The position numbers and the translations under genes were made by a program. From the IMG/VR virus record IMGVR_UViG_3300042892_002528, positions 7,054-71,053 of that record: a DNA stretch of 64,000 bases. One strand, given 5' to 3'. The notes under the pieces were generated by a model. That model was not told the origin of the DNA. It saw only the letters and a list, made by a program, of their open reading frames with translations, and made no database searches. How positions within the stretch are numbered: position 1 is the stretch's first letter; every line of letters starts with the position of its first letter. This document shows, piece after piece, positions 10,297-18,625 of the stretch. This DNA comes from a virus.

Positions 10297-10989
10297 CTAT
10301 ACTGAGATTTCAGGAAATAACTCTTTGTGTATGTACTCATGTACTTGATCATCGTTGAATCCTAATGTTTTTAATACTCTTGGAGTATGCGGATTACATT
10401 TTTGTTGCTGACAATAATAATTTTGCTTGTCAGTAAAATTGTGTTGTGCTACCATATCTTCATATTTTAACGCTGGGCGATATTTTGATATACTATCTAA
10501 GTAGTAAATAAGCGACTTCCTAGAAATCTCTAATAATACCGCTAGTTCAAAATCAGTATTAATATTACCGGCAGCAACCATACGATTGCTAAATATATTT
10601 CTTGCCCACTCGGGTAATTCACGAGGTTTTGCCCACGAAGTTGGTTCTACTAACTCTTGAAAATACTTGCATAAGGGATGTTCTGGGTCGCCTATAGGTG
10701 AAAAATCTAAAAACGCACCTGTAATTTTATTTGTACCAGCTATAATATCAAACCCGTATATAGGTGCTGTATCATATGTATGTGGAAATATACACAAGTG
10801 CATCATATACAATTTTTTGGATTCCGATACATCAATAACGTCTAAGTTGGCTCTGCGAACCCAGGCACTTGAAAAATTCTTAGTGTACCATTCTGAGGTG
10901 ATTTCGCTTGGCGAAGAAAAAGCCCTTGCAGCAAGAATTGCTTCCAACTCCGCTGCATGAGCTTTTAATTTATTGAATATTGTGCTCAT
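10297..10989 (-). CDS. pcyX: ferredoxin-dependent bilin reductase, PcyX/PcyA-like
   Basis: MMHLCIFP, PIYGFDIIAG.NKITGAFLDFSP, RELPEWA.IFS, QNYYCQQQK.NPHT.RVL motifs; adjacent to heme oxygenase. Confidence 0.85.
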   Translation of the reverse strand: MSTIFNKLKAHAAELEAILAARAFSSPSEITSEWYTKNFSSAWVRRANLDVIDVSESKKLYMMHLCIFPHTYDTAPIYGFDIIAGTNKITGAFLDFSPIGDPEHPLCKYFQELVEPTSWAKPRELPEWARNIFSNRMVAAGNINTDFELAVLLEISRKSLIYYLDSISKYRPALKYEDMVAQHNFTDKQNYYCQQQKCNPHTPRVLKTLGFNDDQVHEYIHKELFPEISV

Positions 10990-11509
10990 TGGCTAACTCT
11001 GTAAATAGTTCGATAGCAAAGGCAAAACACTCATTTGCTTCCGCAGCCATGTTAACGTCTAGTTTTTGACGTAATGCACTAATCAACTCACTACGATTGC
11101 TAAATTCGTACATAGTAGCTGCGCCAGGAACAACTTTCTTAATCATCTGACCACCGTACAGGTCGCCCATATGACGAACATATAAGTGAGCTAAAATCTG
11201 ATTATCACTTAAATTTCTATTGGTTATGTAATTGATATATTTTAATGTACTAGGATACAATGTTGTTTTGCATTTTGGTAAATTATCAAAATCAATGCCA
11301 ATTTGCTCACTACGCTCTATGCCATTTAAGCCGTTTAAAAGGTTTTTTCTTTTAGCCACTGCTTCAAGAGAATAATAAATTGCTTGCTGATTATATAAAA
11401 AGTCAGCATAAACATTTTCAGGAATATTACCACCTAATAACAGCTTGGTAAAAGGATGAGCTTCTGCAAGTTCATGGTTATCGTGGGTTAATTCTTTTAG
11501 AGTGGTCAT
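10970..11509 (-). CDS. hemO: heme oxygenase
   Basis: LKELTHDNHELAE (proximal His) and LAHLYVRHMGDLYGGQMI signature. Confidence 0.92.
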   Translation of the reverse strand: MTTLKELTHDNHELAEAHPFTKLLLGGNIPENVYADFLYNQQAIYYSLEAVAKRKNLLNGLNGIERSEQIGIDFDNLPKCKTTLYPSTLKYINYITNRNLSDNQILAHLYVRHMGDLYGGQMIKKVVPGAATMYEFSNRSELISALRQKLDVNMAAEANECFAFAIELFTELANEHNIQ

Positions 11510-12263
11510 AAACTTTGTTGGTTTTAGTCATGTCAGCACAAGTATACTTTTGATAACTTGCTTTTAACTGTTCGGGCATTGGTATTGTTTGTATAGGAAC
11601 ACCAAAAATTTCAGCTACTTCTAAGAAGCTCTGTGTAGTGCCAGTACCAATGTTAAATATGCCTGATTCTTGACTGTTTAAAAAAGCCAGATGAGTAGCA
11701 ATTACTTGCTCAACTGGTACAAAATCTCTGCGGTATTCGTGACTGTTTTCAAACACTTTTATTTCGCCAAACTCATTAGCTTGTTTTGCAAATTGGTAGT
11801 GTGGGCTAGCTTGTGAGCCTTTATGATTTTCACCTAAACCATATACATTAAAGTATCTGAATCCTTGTACTACGTTACCACCTTGGTGTTGTTGGTGATA
11901 GCGTTCAAACATATACTTTGACCAAGCGTATGCATTACGTGGGTCTACAGGTGCAGTTTCTGAAAAGTCCGTTCCTAAACCGTATACGCTGGCGCTACTT
12001 GAGTACTGCAAGTTTACTCCGTAAACTTTACAAGCAGCAAAAAGTTGACGACTAAAATCATAATTTTGTCGCATAATTTTGTCAACATCACGCTCTGTGG
12101 TTGAGCTGATTCCACCAATGTGAATAACCCAGTCTTGTTCCATAACACTAGGCATATTGCCGTCATCCCACTCAAAAACGCTAATCTCGTGGTTAGCATT
12201 TTCTAAGGCTTTGAGCATATTTTTGCCGATAAAGCCTTTATGCCCTGTTAGTAAAATTTTCAT
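11478..12263 (-). CDS. hldD: ADP-L-glycero-D-manno-heptose 6-epimerase-like NAD-dependent epimerase
   Basis: TGHKGFIG, ISSTTE, YSSSASVYG, YAWSK, FRYFNVYG, RRDFV, YQKYTCAD. Confidence 0.85.
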   Translation of the reverse strand: MKILLTGHKGFIGKNMLKALENANHEISVFEWDDGNMPSVMEQDWVIHIGGISSTTERDVDKIMRQNYDFSRQLFAACKVYGVNLQYSSSASVYGLGTDFSETAPVDPRNAYAWSKYMFERYHQQHQGGNVVQGFRYFNVYGLGENHKGSQASPHYQFAKQANEFGEIKVFENSHEYRRDFVPVEQVIATHLAFLNSQESGIFNIGTGTTQSFLEVAEIFGVPIQTIPMPEQLKASYQKYTCADMTKTNKVYDHSKRINPR

Positions 12264-12553
12264 TTAAAATATGTGTCTGCGTTAATTGCTTTGTCATCAA
12301 TCCAAATATCGTACGCAGGTTTTCCTGTTTTAGCAGAGGTGTATTTACAACCCCAGCTTGTTAATTGTTTAAGTGTTAAAGGCAACCAGTCAATTCCACT
12401 GTTGCTACCACGTGCTGTCCAATAATGTATTTCGTGTCCAGCATCGTATAATTCATTAATTTTTAGAATACGATTTGGTAGGGGCTGACTATTTTCATAA
12501 TCGTTACCTTGAGTTTCACAAATAGTATTGTCAATGTCTACAATATATCTCAT
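12260..12553 (-). CDS. small HAD-family phosphatase (possible GmhB function)
   Basis: VDIDNTIC (DxD), WTARG and GKP.YDIWIDDKA motifs. Confidence 0.75.
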   Translation of the reverse strand: MRYIVDIDNTICETQGNDYENSQPLPNRILKINELYDAGHEIHYWTARGSNSGIDWLPLTLKQLTSWGCKYTSAKTGKPAYDIWIDDKAINADTYFK

Positions 12554-12906
12554 TGTTGGCTGTCACCTTTGCCAACACGATAATTATCTTCTACTGAATC
12601 TGGTGTTGAAACTTCAATAATTGTGCCTGCTTCTAAGCAAATTAACTGATGCGGTAAAAGTACTGGATTATGCCAAGTATCGCCAACACTAAGTTCGTGC
12701 TCTGTTTGCGAAGCATCAGCTGTGTTAATAACTACGACTTTAAACTTGCCACTAAGCACATACCAAGTTTCATCTTTGTGGGCATGAAAGTGCATTGAAA
12801 ATTTAGCATTTTGATTAAACTGCAGTAGTTTACCACAATACTTGTCGTTGGTAGCCCAAATATTTTCTGAACCCCAGCCTTTTTCCACAAAACCTTCAAG
12901 CCTCAT
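12550..12906 (-). CDS. cupin sugar isomerase (mannose-6-P/D-lyxose ketol-isomerase-like)
   Basis: KGWG.E.IW, SMHFHAHKDETWYVLSG, PHQL, IEVST...DNYR. Confidence 0.75.
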   Translation of the reverse strand: MRLEGFVEKGWGSENIWATNDKYCGKLLQFNQNAKFSMHFHAHKDETWYVLSGKFKVVVINTADASQTEHELSVGDTWHNPVLLPHQLICLEAGTIIEVSTPDSVEDNYRVGKGDSQQ

Positions 12907-13681
12907 TTATTTCTTTCAGTGTAGGTGCGTATACGCCCATGTGTTTTACTGTTATTGCAGCTGCTTTGTTAGCAAACTCAATAGATTTAGCCATGTCTTT
13001 GGTATTTAAAAACTCGTAAGTTAGTGCTGCCAGAAACGTGTCGCCTGCTCCGCAAACATCTGCTACTTCTACAACTGGTGCAGGGTAAACAACATCATTA
13101 TATCGTGTACCATTTTTACCAAGTGTTACAATTAACTGACTAGGAATTGTTTTAGCTAATGAGTTTTCTAGGCTATTGATTTTTACAAATGTTCCTTCAA
13201 ACCTAGCTAAATCTGTTTTCTTAGTGTCAACAAATATAGGGCAAGAGAACATCCTTATTAGTTGTTCAACTAGTTCATAACTAACGCAGCCTTTGTTGTA
13301 GTCACTAATAACTACCGCATCAAAAATAGGAGGCAGCGGGTACTCAATCTCAAAAGGCCCGCCAGTAGCGTCTTGATCTAAACGCATAATATGTTGGTTA
13401 GAACGAGTGTCTATAAATCTAGTTTTTACGCTACCTTTTATAGTTAATAGCTGTACCGTACAACCTAAAGATTTTAAATTTTCTTCTACATTTCCTGCCA
13501 TACCTCTACGAGTTTCTTCGTGCTCAGGTACAAACACAGGAACTGGAGCTTCAGGGCTCAGCCTATCAATGTGACCATATACGTATTGGTCAACACAAGT
13601 GTCGCCTACTAATAAAATCTTCCAAGATTTGGGTACTTGAGAAAGGTGTTGTTCTATTATAGAATCTAAGTTGCTTTGCAT
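12896..13681 (-). CDS. hldA: D-glycero-D-manno-heptose-7-phosphate kinase (HldE/RfaE kinase domain, PfkB family)
   Basis: LLVGD..VDQYVYG..DRLSPEAPVPV, GMAGNV, ISDYNKG, DVCGAGDTFLA; start uncertain (ATG 13681 vs track 13693). Confidence 0.85.
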   Translation of the reverse strand: MQSNLDSIIEQHLSQVPKSWKILLVGDTCVDQYVYGHIDRLSPEAPVPVFVPEHEETRRGMAGNVEENLKSLGCTVQLLTIKGSVKTRFIDTRSNQHIMRLDQDATGGPFEIEYPLPPIFDAVVISDYNKGCVSYELVEQLIRMFSCPIFVDTKKTDLARFEGTFVKINSLENSLAKTIPSQLIVTLGKNGTRYNDVVYPAPVVEVADVCGAGDTFLAALTYEFLNTKDMAKSIEFANKAAAITVKHMGVYAPTLKEINEA

Positions 13682-13997
13682 ATTCCGAACCAATTACGGT
13701 TTTATCTTTATAATCTGACCCTACAATCATTATATCAGGTCTAAGTATTTTTACTGTTTGTGTTAATTCTATGTCGCTATCAAAAATCACTACTTCATCT
13801 ACTGCTTTTAGATTTTCTAATAATTTCATTCTATTATATTGTGGGTTGACAGGTCTATCCAAACCCTTTTTGCTGGCGACTCGGCTGTCCGAATCTATTG
13901 CCACCAGTAAAAAGTCACCTAGACTTTTTGCGTAGTTCAGCAAGTCTAGGTGTCCTGGATGTAAAACGTCAAAAGTGCCGTTTACAAATATTTTCAT
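13590..13997 (-). CDS. hldC: heptose-1-phosphate nucleotidyltransferase (HldE/RfaE C-terminal domain)
   Basis: NGTFDVLHPGH, KG.DRPVN, VGSDY, SST motifs. Confidence 0.82.
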   Translation of the reverse strand: MKIFVNGTFDVLHPGHLDLLNYAKSLGDFLLVAIDSDSRVASKKGLDRPVNPQYNRMKLLENLKAVDEVVIFDSDIELTQTVKILRPDIMIVGSDYKDKTVIGSEYAKQLRFYNRTTPFSSTQILEDFISRRHLC

Positions 13998-15793
13998 TTT
14001 TTAATTTTAACTGTTAAAAGCTTATTATACTCTGGTAAATACAAATAGTCAATACCAGATTTACTCAAGGTCCACAGAGCATCCTCTAGGGTTTCCACCA
14101 GAGGTTCGCCTCCCAAATTAAAACTTGTGTTAAAAATAATGGGAACACCCGTTTTATCTTTAAATGCTTTAATTACATCATAGTAATGTGGATTTTCTTC
14201 TCGTGTAACTGTTTGAATACGGCAAGTACCATCAACGTGAATAATTGAAGGAATTTTTTCTTCGATACCAGGCTGACAATTAACAGCATACATCATGTGT
14301 GGGCTGTTTGGCATACCACGAAGATCAAACCATTCGTGAACATCTTCTTCTAAAATAGAACCTGCAAAAGGTCTAAAGTATTCGCGATGTTTAATTTCAT
14401 TTACAAAATCTTTGCCGTCTGGGAACGTAGGGTCAAACATCAAACTACGATTGCCTAGTGCACGAGGACCATTCTCTGAACGACCTTGGAACATTGCAAC
14501 AATGTTCTTTTCTGTCATTAAGTTAATTACGTCTTCTTTAGTAGCATCACTAATTTCTGCATCATACTCAGCAGCAATGCGCTCAATGTCTTCTTCAGAG
14601 TAGTTATATTGTGGGCCTAAATAAATTTCACGTGGGTGTTTAGCATTAACTGCATCAGGCTCTGTCATATGATAGAATACCAGTGCAGCGCCAATAGCAG
14701 TACCGCCATCATTAGATACTGGCTCAACATACAGTTCAATACCACGTTTAGATAGCTCTGTTAAGTAAAAGTAATTTGCTACACAATTTAAAGCGTAACC
14801 GCCACTTAATACTACTTTATCTTTACCAGTAGTTTCTACAGCTTTTAGGATAAGATTAAGAACTTGTTCTTGAGTCTGTGTTTGACAAGCATAAGCAAGA
14901 TCTCTACGATTTTGTAGTAGTGTAGGATTATCAATATGAAATGCTGAACATAGTTCAGGATATGCCATATGACTAACTTCTGCTCCATTAGGCATTTGTG
15001 GTACAACTACATTAGCATTTGAAAGAGGTACTATAGTACCAGAGCTAAATAGCTTTGGAATATTATCGTTGGGTTTACCATATGGAAATAATCCCATAGT
15101 CTTTCCAGCTTCAATACCTTCAAAGCCACAGTATTCTGTAACAGCTTCATAAACTTTAGTAATTCCTGCATGTCCGCTGAATACTACTTCATGTGTGCCT
15201 TCTTCACCTAGTTTCTCGCTAGACTCTTCTAAGCTATGATATACAGGTATGGCCATTCTAGAAGCGTAGTGTTTATACAGCGTTTTAAAAGGTTTTGTAT
15301 ATTCACAGTCAAAAATAGACTCTACTTCCCATAACACAATAGGTTCATTTTTATAAACAGCTGGCATGGCACTACCAGCACCATCTACAATAACTGCTAC
15401 AGCATCTTCAAAGCCGCTACGATAAAATGCAGCAGCAGCATGAATTTTGTGGTGTTGACTACTAAGATCAATTACTTGAGGATGTCCCTCAGGCGTTCCT
15501 AGTTTACCGTCAATTAAACCTAATTTTCGTGCAAGTCCTGTATAAACAAAATCACCGTAAAAATCTACTTTGCCACAAGTTTCTACTAAGCTTTGAGTAT
15601 GTGAAACTACAATAAAGTCTACTTTTTTAGTATATTCTTTTACTTTAATCATAGCAGCATAGGGACCACCATCATACTTAGCTCTACTTAATCGTTCTTC
15701 TTCGATAGCAAATACAATTTTACCATCTTTTAATAAACATACTCCTGCGTTATGTCCACGACTAATTCCAAGTATATATCCTGTTTTTTCCAT
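13994..15793 (-). CDS. O-carbamoyltransferase, NodU/CmcH family
   Basis: EEERLSRAK, HHKIHA, VDGAG, GKTMGL.PYG, SGGYALNCVAN, E.GPRALGNRS, FRPFA, HVDGTCRIQT, NTSFN. Confidence 0.92.
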   Translation of the reverse strand: MEKTGYILGISRGHNAGVCLLKDGKIVFAIEEERLSRAKYDGGPYAAMIKVKEYTKKVDFIVVSHTQSLVETCGKVDFYGDFVYTGLARKLGLIDGKLGTPEGHPQVIDLSSQHHKIHAAAAFYRSGFEDAVAVIVDGAGSAMPAVYKNEPIVLWEVESIFDCEYTKPFKTLYKHYASRMAIPVYHSLEESSEKLGEEGTHEVVFSGHAGITKVYEAVTEYCGFEGIEAGKTMGLFPYGKPNDNIPKLFSSGTIVPLSNANVVVPQMPNGAEVSHMAYPELCSAFHIDNPTLLQNRRDLAYACQTQTQEQVLNLILKAVETTGKDKVVLSGGYALNCVANYFYLTELSKRGIELYVEPVSNDGGTAIGAALVFYHMTEPDAVNAKHPREIYLGPQYNYSEEDIERIAAEYDAEISDATKEDVINLMTEKNIVAMFQGRSENGPRALGNRSLMFDPTFPDGKDFVNEIKHREYFRPFAGSILEEDVHEWFDLRGMPNSPHMMYAVNCQPGIEEKIPSIIHVDGTCRIQTVTREENPHYYDVIKAFKDKTGVPIIFNTSFNLGGEPLVETLEDALWTLSKSGIDYLYLPEYNKLLTVKIKK

Positions 15794-16834
15794 TTATGCC
15801 TCTTTAGCAATTACATCTTCAATCAAACTAGTAGGCTTTTTTGCAAAGTTTGGCATACTTTGAGTTTGAGTGTTTATTGGTTTAACGTTTGTTGTAAAGT
15901 CTTTTTTGGCTTTACTAACACCTAGTTTATTTTCTACACTTTTAATAATTTTAGTGTAAGTATCAGTACTAAGAATCATTGAATCTTCATTGGTTCTTTC
16001 AGCGTCTATATCATGAGTTAACCTGATTGGAGTATATGTTCTTGTTGCTTTTCCATTATCAATAATAGTAAAGTTTTTGTTGTCTGGATAAGATATATTT
16101 TCAGGAAATGTTGAACCTATTACGACTGTAGTAGGCTTATCTAAAGCATGAGCAAAATGTTGCCCTACACTATCACATCCTAAAAAGTAGTCACAGGCTT
16201 TAATAATTCCTGCCCATTTAACTAAATCTATATTTTCTGGAATTGCTGCTGGTATATCCTTGTCTGTAGGCACTTTAAAAGGTAACATTAATATTACCGC
16301 GTAATTTTTGCTTAAATCAGTTACTAGTTTAATAGTATCGTTTAATTCAAAACTTCTACCAGTAGTATCAAATACAAAATTGCCTTCTAGTTTTACACCG
16401 CTTCCAAACGGCTGTACAACTACGCATTTTTCTTTACCAAGTTGCGCTTTTACTTGATTTACTAAATTATACCCATATACTTGTTCAGCTTTGCCAAGTT
16501 CTAAATTGATCGGTTTAGAACTTGGTACGCTTTCTAAGTTGTTTATAATTTTGTCAAATGCTTGAATAAGATTAGCTTTTTGGTTAAAATAAGCATTTAA
16601 TCTATAAGGTTCAGGACATTCAATTTCTCTATCTTTAAGTTTTTGTTCAAAAAGATTTTTATGGGCAACATGATATACGTTATTTCTTAAAGTTGGACTG
16701 AGTAAAAATAACTCAGGCCATGCTTCGGCAATAATAACTACATCTTTATCGATATTATTTTTATAGTACTCTAGAGCAGGAAGTGCACATAGTACTCTTC
16801 CTGCTCCCCCATTTATTGCAAATGCTTTTTTCAT
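15794..16834 (-). CDS. GT-B fold glycosyltransferase, GT9/heptosyltransferase-like
   Basis: GGAGRVLCALPAL N-terminus; IIKACDYFLGCDSVGQHFAHALDKPTTVVIG matches the GT9 D-S-x-x-x-H-x-A-x-A motif. Confidence 0.7.
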   Translation of the reverse strand: MKKAFAINGGAGRVLCALPALEYYKNNIDKDVVIIAEAWPELFLLSPTLRNNVYHVAHKNLFEQKLKDREIECPEPYRLNAYFNQKANLIQAFDKIINNLESVPSSKPINLELGKAEQVYGYNLVNQVKAQLGKEKCVVVQPFGSGVKLEGNFVFDTTGRSFELNDTIKLVTDLSKNYAVILMLPFKVPTDKDIPAAIPENIDLVKWAGIIKACDYFLGCDSVGQHFAHALDKPTTVVIGSTFPENISYPDNKNFTIIDNGKATRTYTPIRLTHDIDAERTNEDSMILSTDTYTKIIKSVENKLGVSKAKKDFTTNVKPINTQTQSMPNFAKKPTSLIEDVIAKEA

Positions 16835-16857
16835 AAATAATTATTAAATTTTTGTTT

Positions 16858-17937
16858 TTAATTCCAACTAACACAAACCATACCAAATCGTCCAGCATCT
16901 CCGCCATATGCACTCTGTCCGCCCTCCGCTACTAAGCCTGCTCCGCCTGCTCCAGGAATACGTAAGAATCCATTTGGCGCACCGTAATAACATCCTCCAA
17001 AACTACCGCCTTGGCAACTATTACCCCAAGGGTATGCAAATTCCAGCACACATTTTTCAAATCCAACTACGGGTGTAGATACTGAGCACCAACACATGCT
17101 AGTTCCAATTTGCATTGCGGGCCATAAACCTTGTACGCCCCAATAGTTTTGATTTCGGGATGTATCGGCACACTTTACAAACCAGTTCGCCTCTCCGGAA
17201 AATGCGTGAGGTATATAGGTGTTATCATCAGTACTGTCATAGCACCAATTCCATCCCGAACACTGAGTAGGAGCACAATTATCTTGCGCAGGATATTGAG
17301 TATTGTTAGCCGTTGTTGTAGAACCAACATCTTTAGACCAACAAGTTGCACAACTTTTAGCACCATTGGCGCAAATACTTAGACCTGGGCCAGTAATGTA
17401 GGTAGGTGTATTATTAAGTCCTGGAGTTGTTTGGTCAGCATAGCAGCAGTAAGAACATCCGGCGCATAGTGTATACACAGCACCAGCAGTTACCTCCATT
17501 TTTGTTAACATATATGCACCACTTGGTCCAAAAGGCGCACCACCACAGCAACACTGCGAACTAGTACTTCCGCCTGGCCCCCATATTTGAAACTGTACAC
17601 TAGTTACACCTGCAGGTACAGTCCACGTACAAGAAGCATCACATCTCCAATAACTTCCGTCAGTATTGCATACTTTAAGACCATTAGTCCGTGTTTCAAT
17701 ATTTGGGCTAACCCAGCACTTCCAAGCGTCTGTTACTACTTGCTGGGTCCCTGAAATTGGCATACTGCACCAGCATTTACTTGTTAGAAGAGGCCAACCT
17801 GTTAAAGTTCCTGTAGTACCTCTAAAACCGGCATCATTTGGTAAACTGGGAATTCCAGTCGAACTTTGTGTTTTTAAGTAGGCAACCAAAGTTTTTTGAT
17901 TTTCAATCATTGCCGAACTTGTTAATATATCGCTCAT
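16858..17937 (-). CDS. Cys/Gly-rich putative virion protein
   Basis: About 26 Cys in 359 aa; CTWTVPAGVT..FQIWG.GG; C-terminal GRFGMVCVSW. Confidence 0.65.
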   Translation of the reverse strand: MSDILTSSAMIENQKTLVAYLKTQSSTGIPSLPNDAGFRGTTGTLTGWPLLTSKCWCSMPISGTQQVVTDAWKCWVSPNIETRTNGLKVCNTDGSYWRCDASCTWTVPAGVTSVQFQIWGPGGSTSSQCCCGGAPFGPSGAYMLTKMEVTAGAVYTLCAGCSYCCYADQTTPGLNNTPTYITGPGLSICANGAKSCATCWSKDVGSTTTANNTQYPAQDNCAPTQCSGWNWCYDSTDDNTYIPHAFSGEANWFVKCADTSRNQNYWGVQGLWPAMQIGTSMCWCSVSTPVVGFEKCVLEFAYPWGNSCQGGSFGGCYYGAPNGFLRIPGAGGAGLVAEGGQSAYGGDAGRFGMVCVSWN

Positions 17938-17946
17938 ATTTATTCC

Positions 17947-18615
17947 TTAAGTTTGTACTGGGGCTGGTATAGCCACAGGAGTTAGTGTATTAAATAAAGC
18001 CATCAACTCACCAGGTATTTCTGGAACATCGTTTGCAATAGTAATAAATTTCCACTTATATGCAGGTTTAACTTTATTTACATAAGCTGAAATAACAGTT
18101 AAATAAGCTTCTACTTTTGTACGATCTTCTGCACTAAATTCGTGATCAGCTAAATATTTTTCTACTAACTGTTGTTTTTGTAGTGCAGGCATTAAATTAG
18201 GATTTGGCTCATTCTTTGCTATTGATATCAAAGATAGCACCCCTGTTTGACTGCTTACTACATCATAGTAGTCACTTAGCTTAGGATTACTTATTGCATA
18301 ATATACGCTATCATCATAGTTTATTTGTTTGGTATGAGTGTATACATGTGGTGTTAATTCTGGTTGTAAAATAATTGCTGCCGCTAGTTCGACTTCGGTT
18401 GCAGTAGCAATTTCAACAGGTACAGCAACTTGATTTTCATTTACTTGTGGTTCTGATGTATATGTAACAGGACTAACTATTACACTAACGCCTGTTTTTT
18501 CAACTAAGAACCAGACTTTGTCAGGTCCTGAGTAGGTAAAATCAGCTGTTTTATTTTCTGAAAAATCGTTTACCCAAAGTTCATTGGGTATTTTTATTGT
18601 TAAAGTTTTTTCCAT
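17947..18615 (-). CDS. hypothetical protein (possible fibre assembly chaperone)
   Basis: 222 aa ORF tightly packed between the two Cys-rich paralogues. Confidence 0.55.
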   Translation of the reverse strand: MEKTLTIKIPNELWVNDFSENKTADFTYSGPDKVWFLVEKTGVSVIVSPVTYTSEPQVNENQVAVPVEIATATEVELAAAIILQPELTPHVYTHTKQINYDDSVYYAISNPKLSDYYDVVSSQTGVLSLISIAKNEPNPNLMPALQKQQLVEKYLADHEFSAEDRTKVEAYLTVISAYVNKVKPAYKWKFITIANDVPEIPGELMALFNTLTPVAIPAPVQT

Positions 18616-18625
18616 GATTTATACC

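Noticed and set aside
10243-10299. Possible TAG read-through of the bilin reductase (open for 17 more codons)
   Set aside because: The protein already ends at the family's LFP C-terminal motif, and other TAG-ending genes show no sign of recoding
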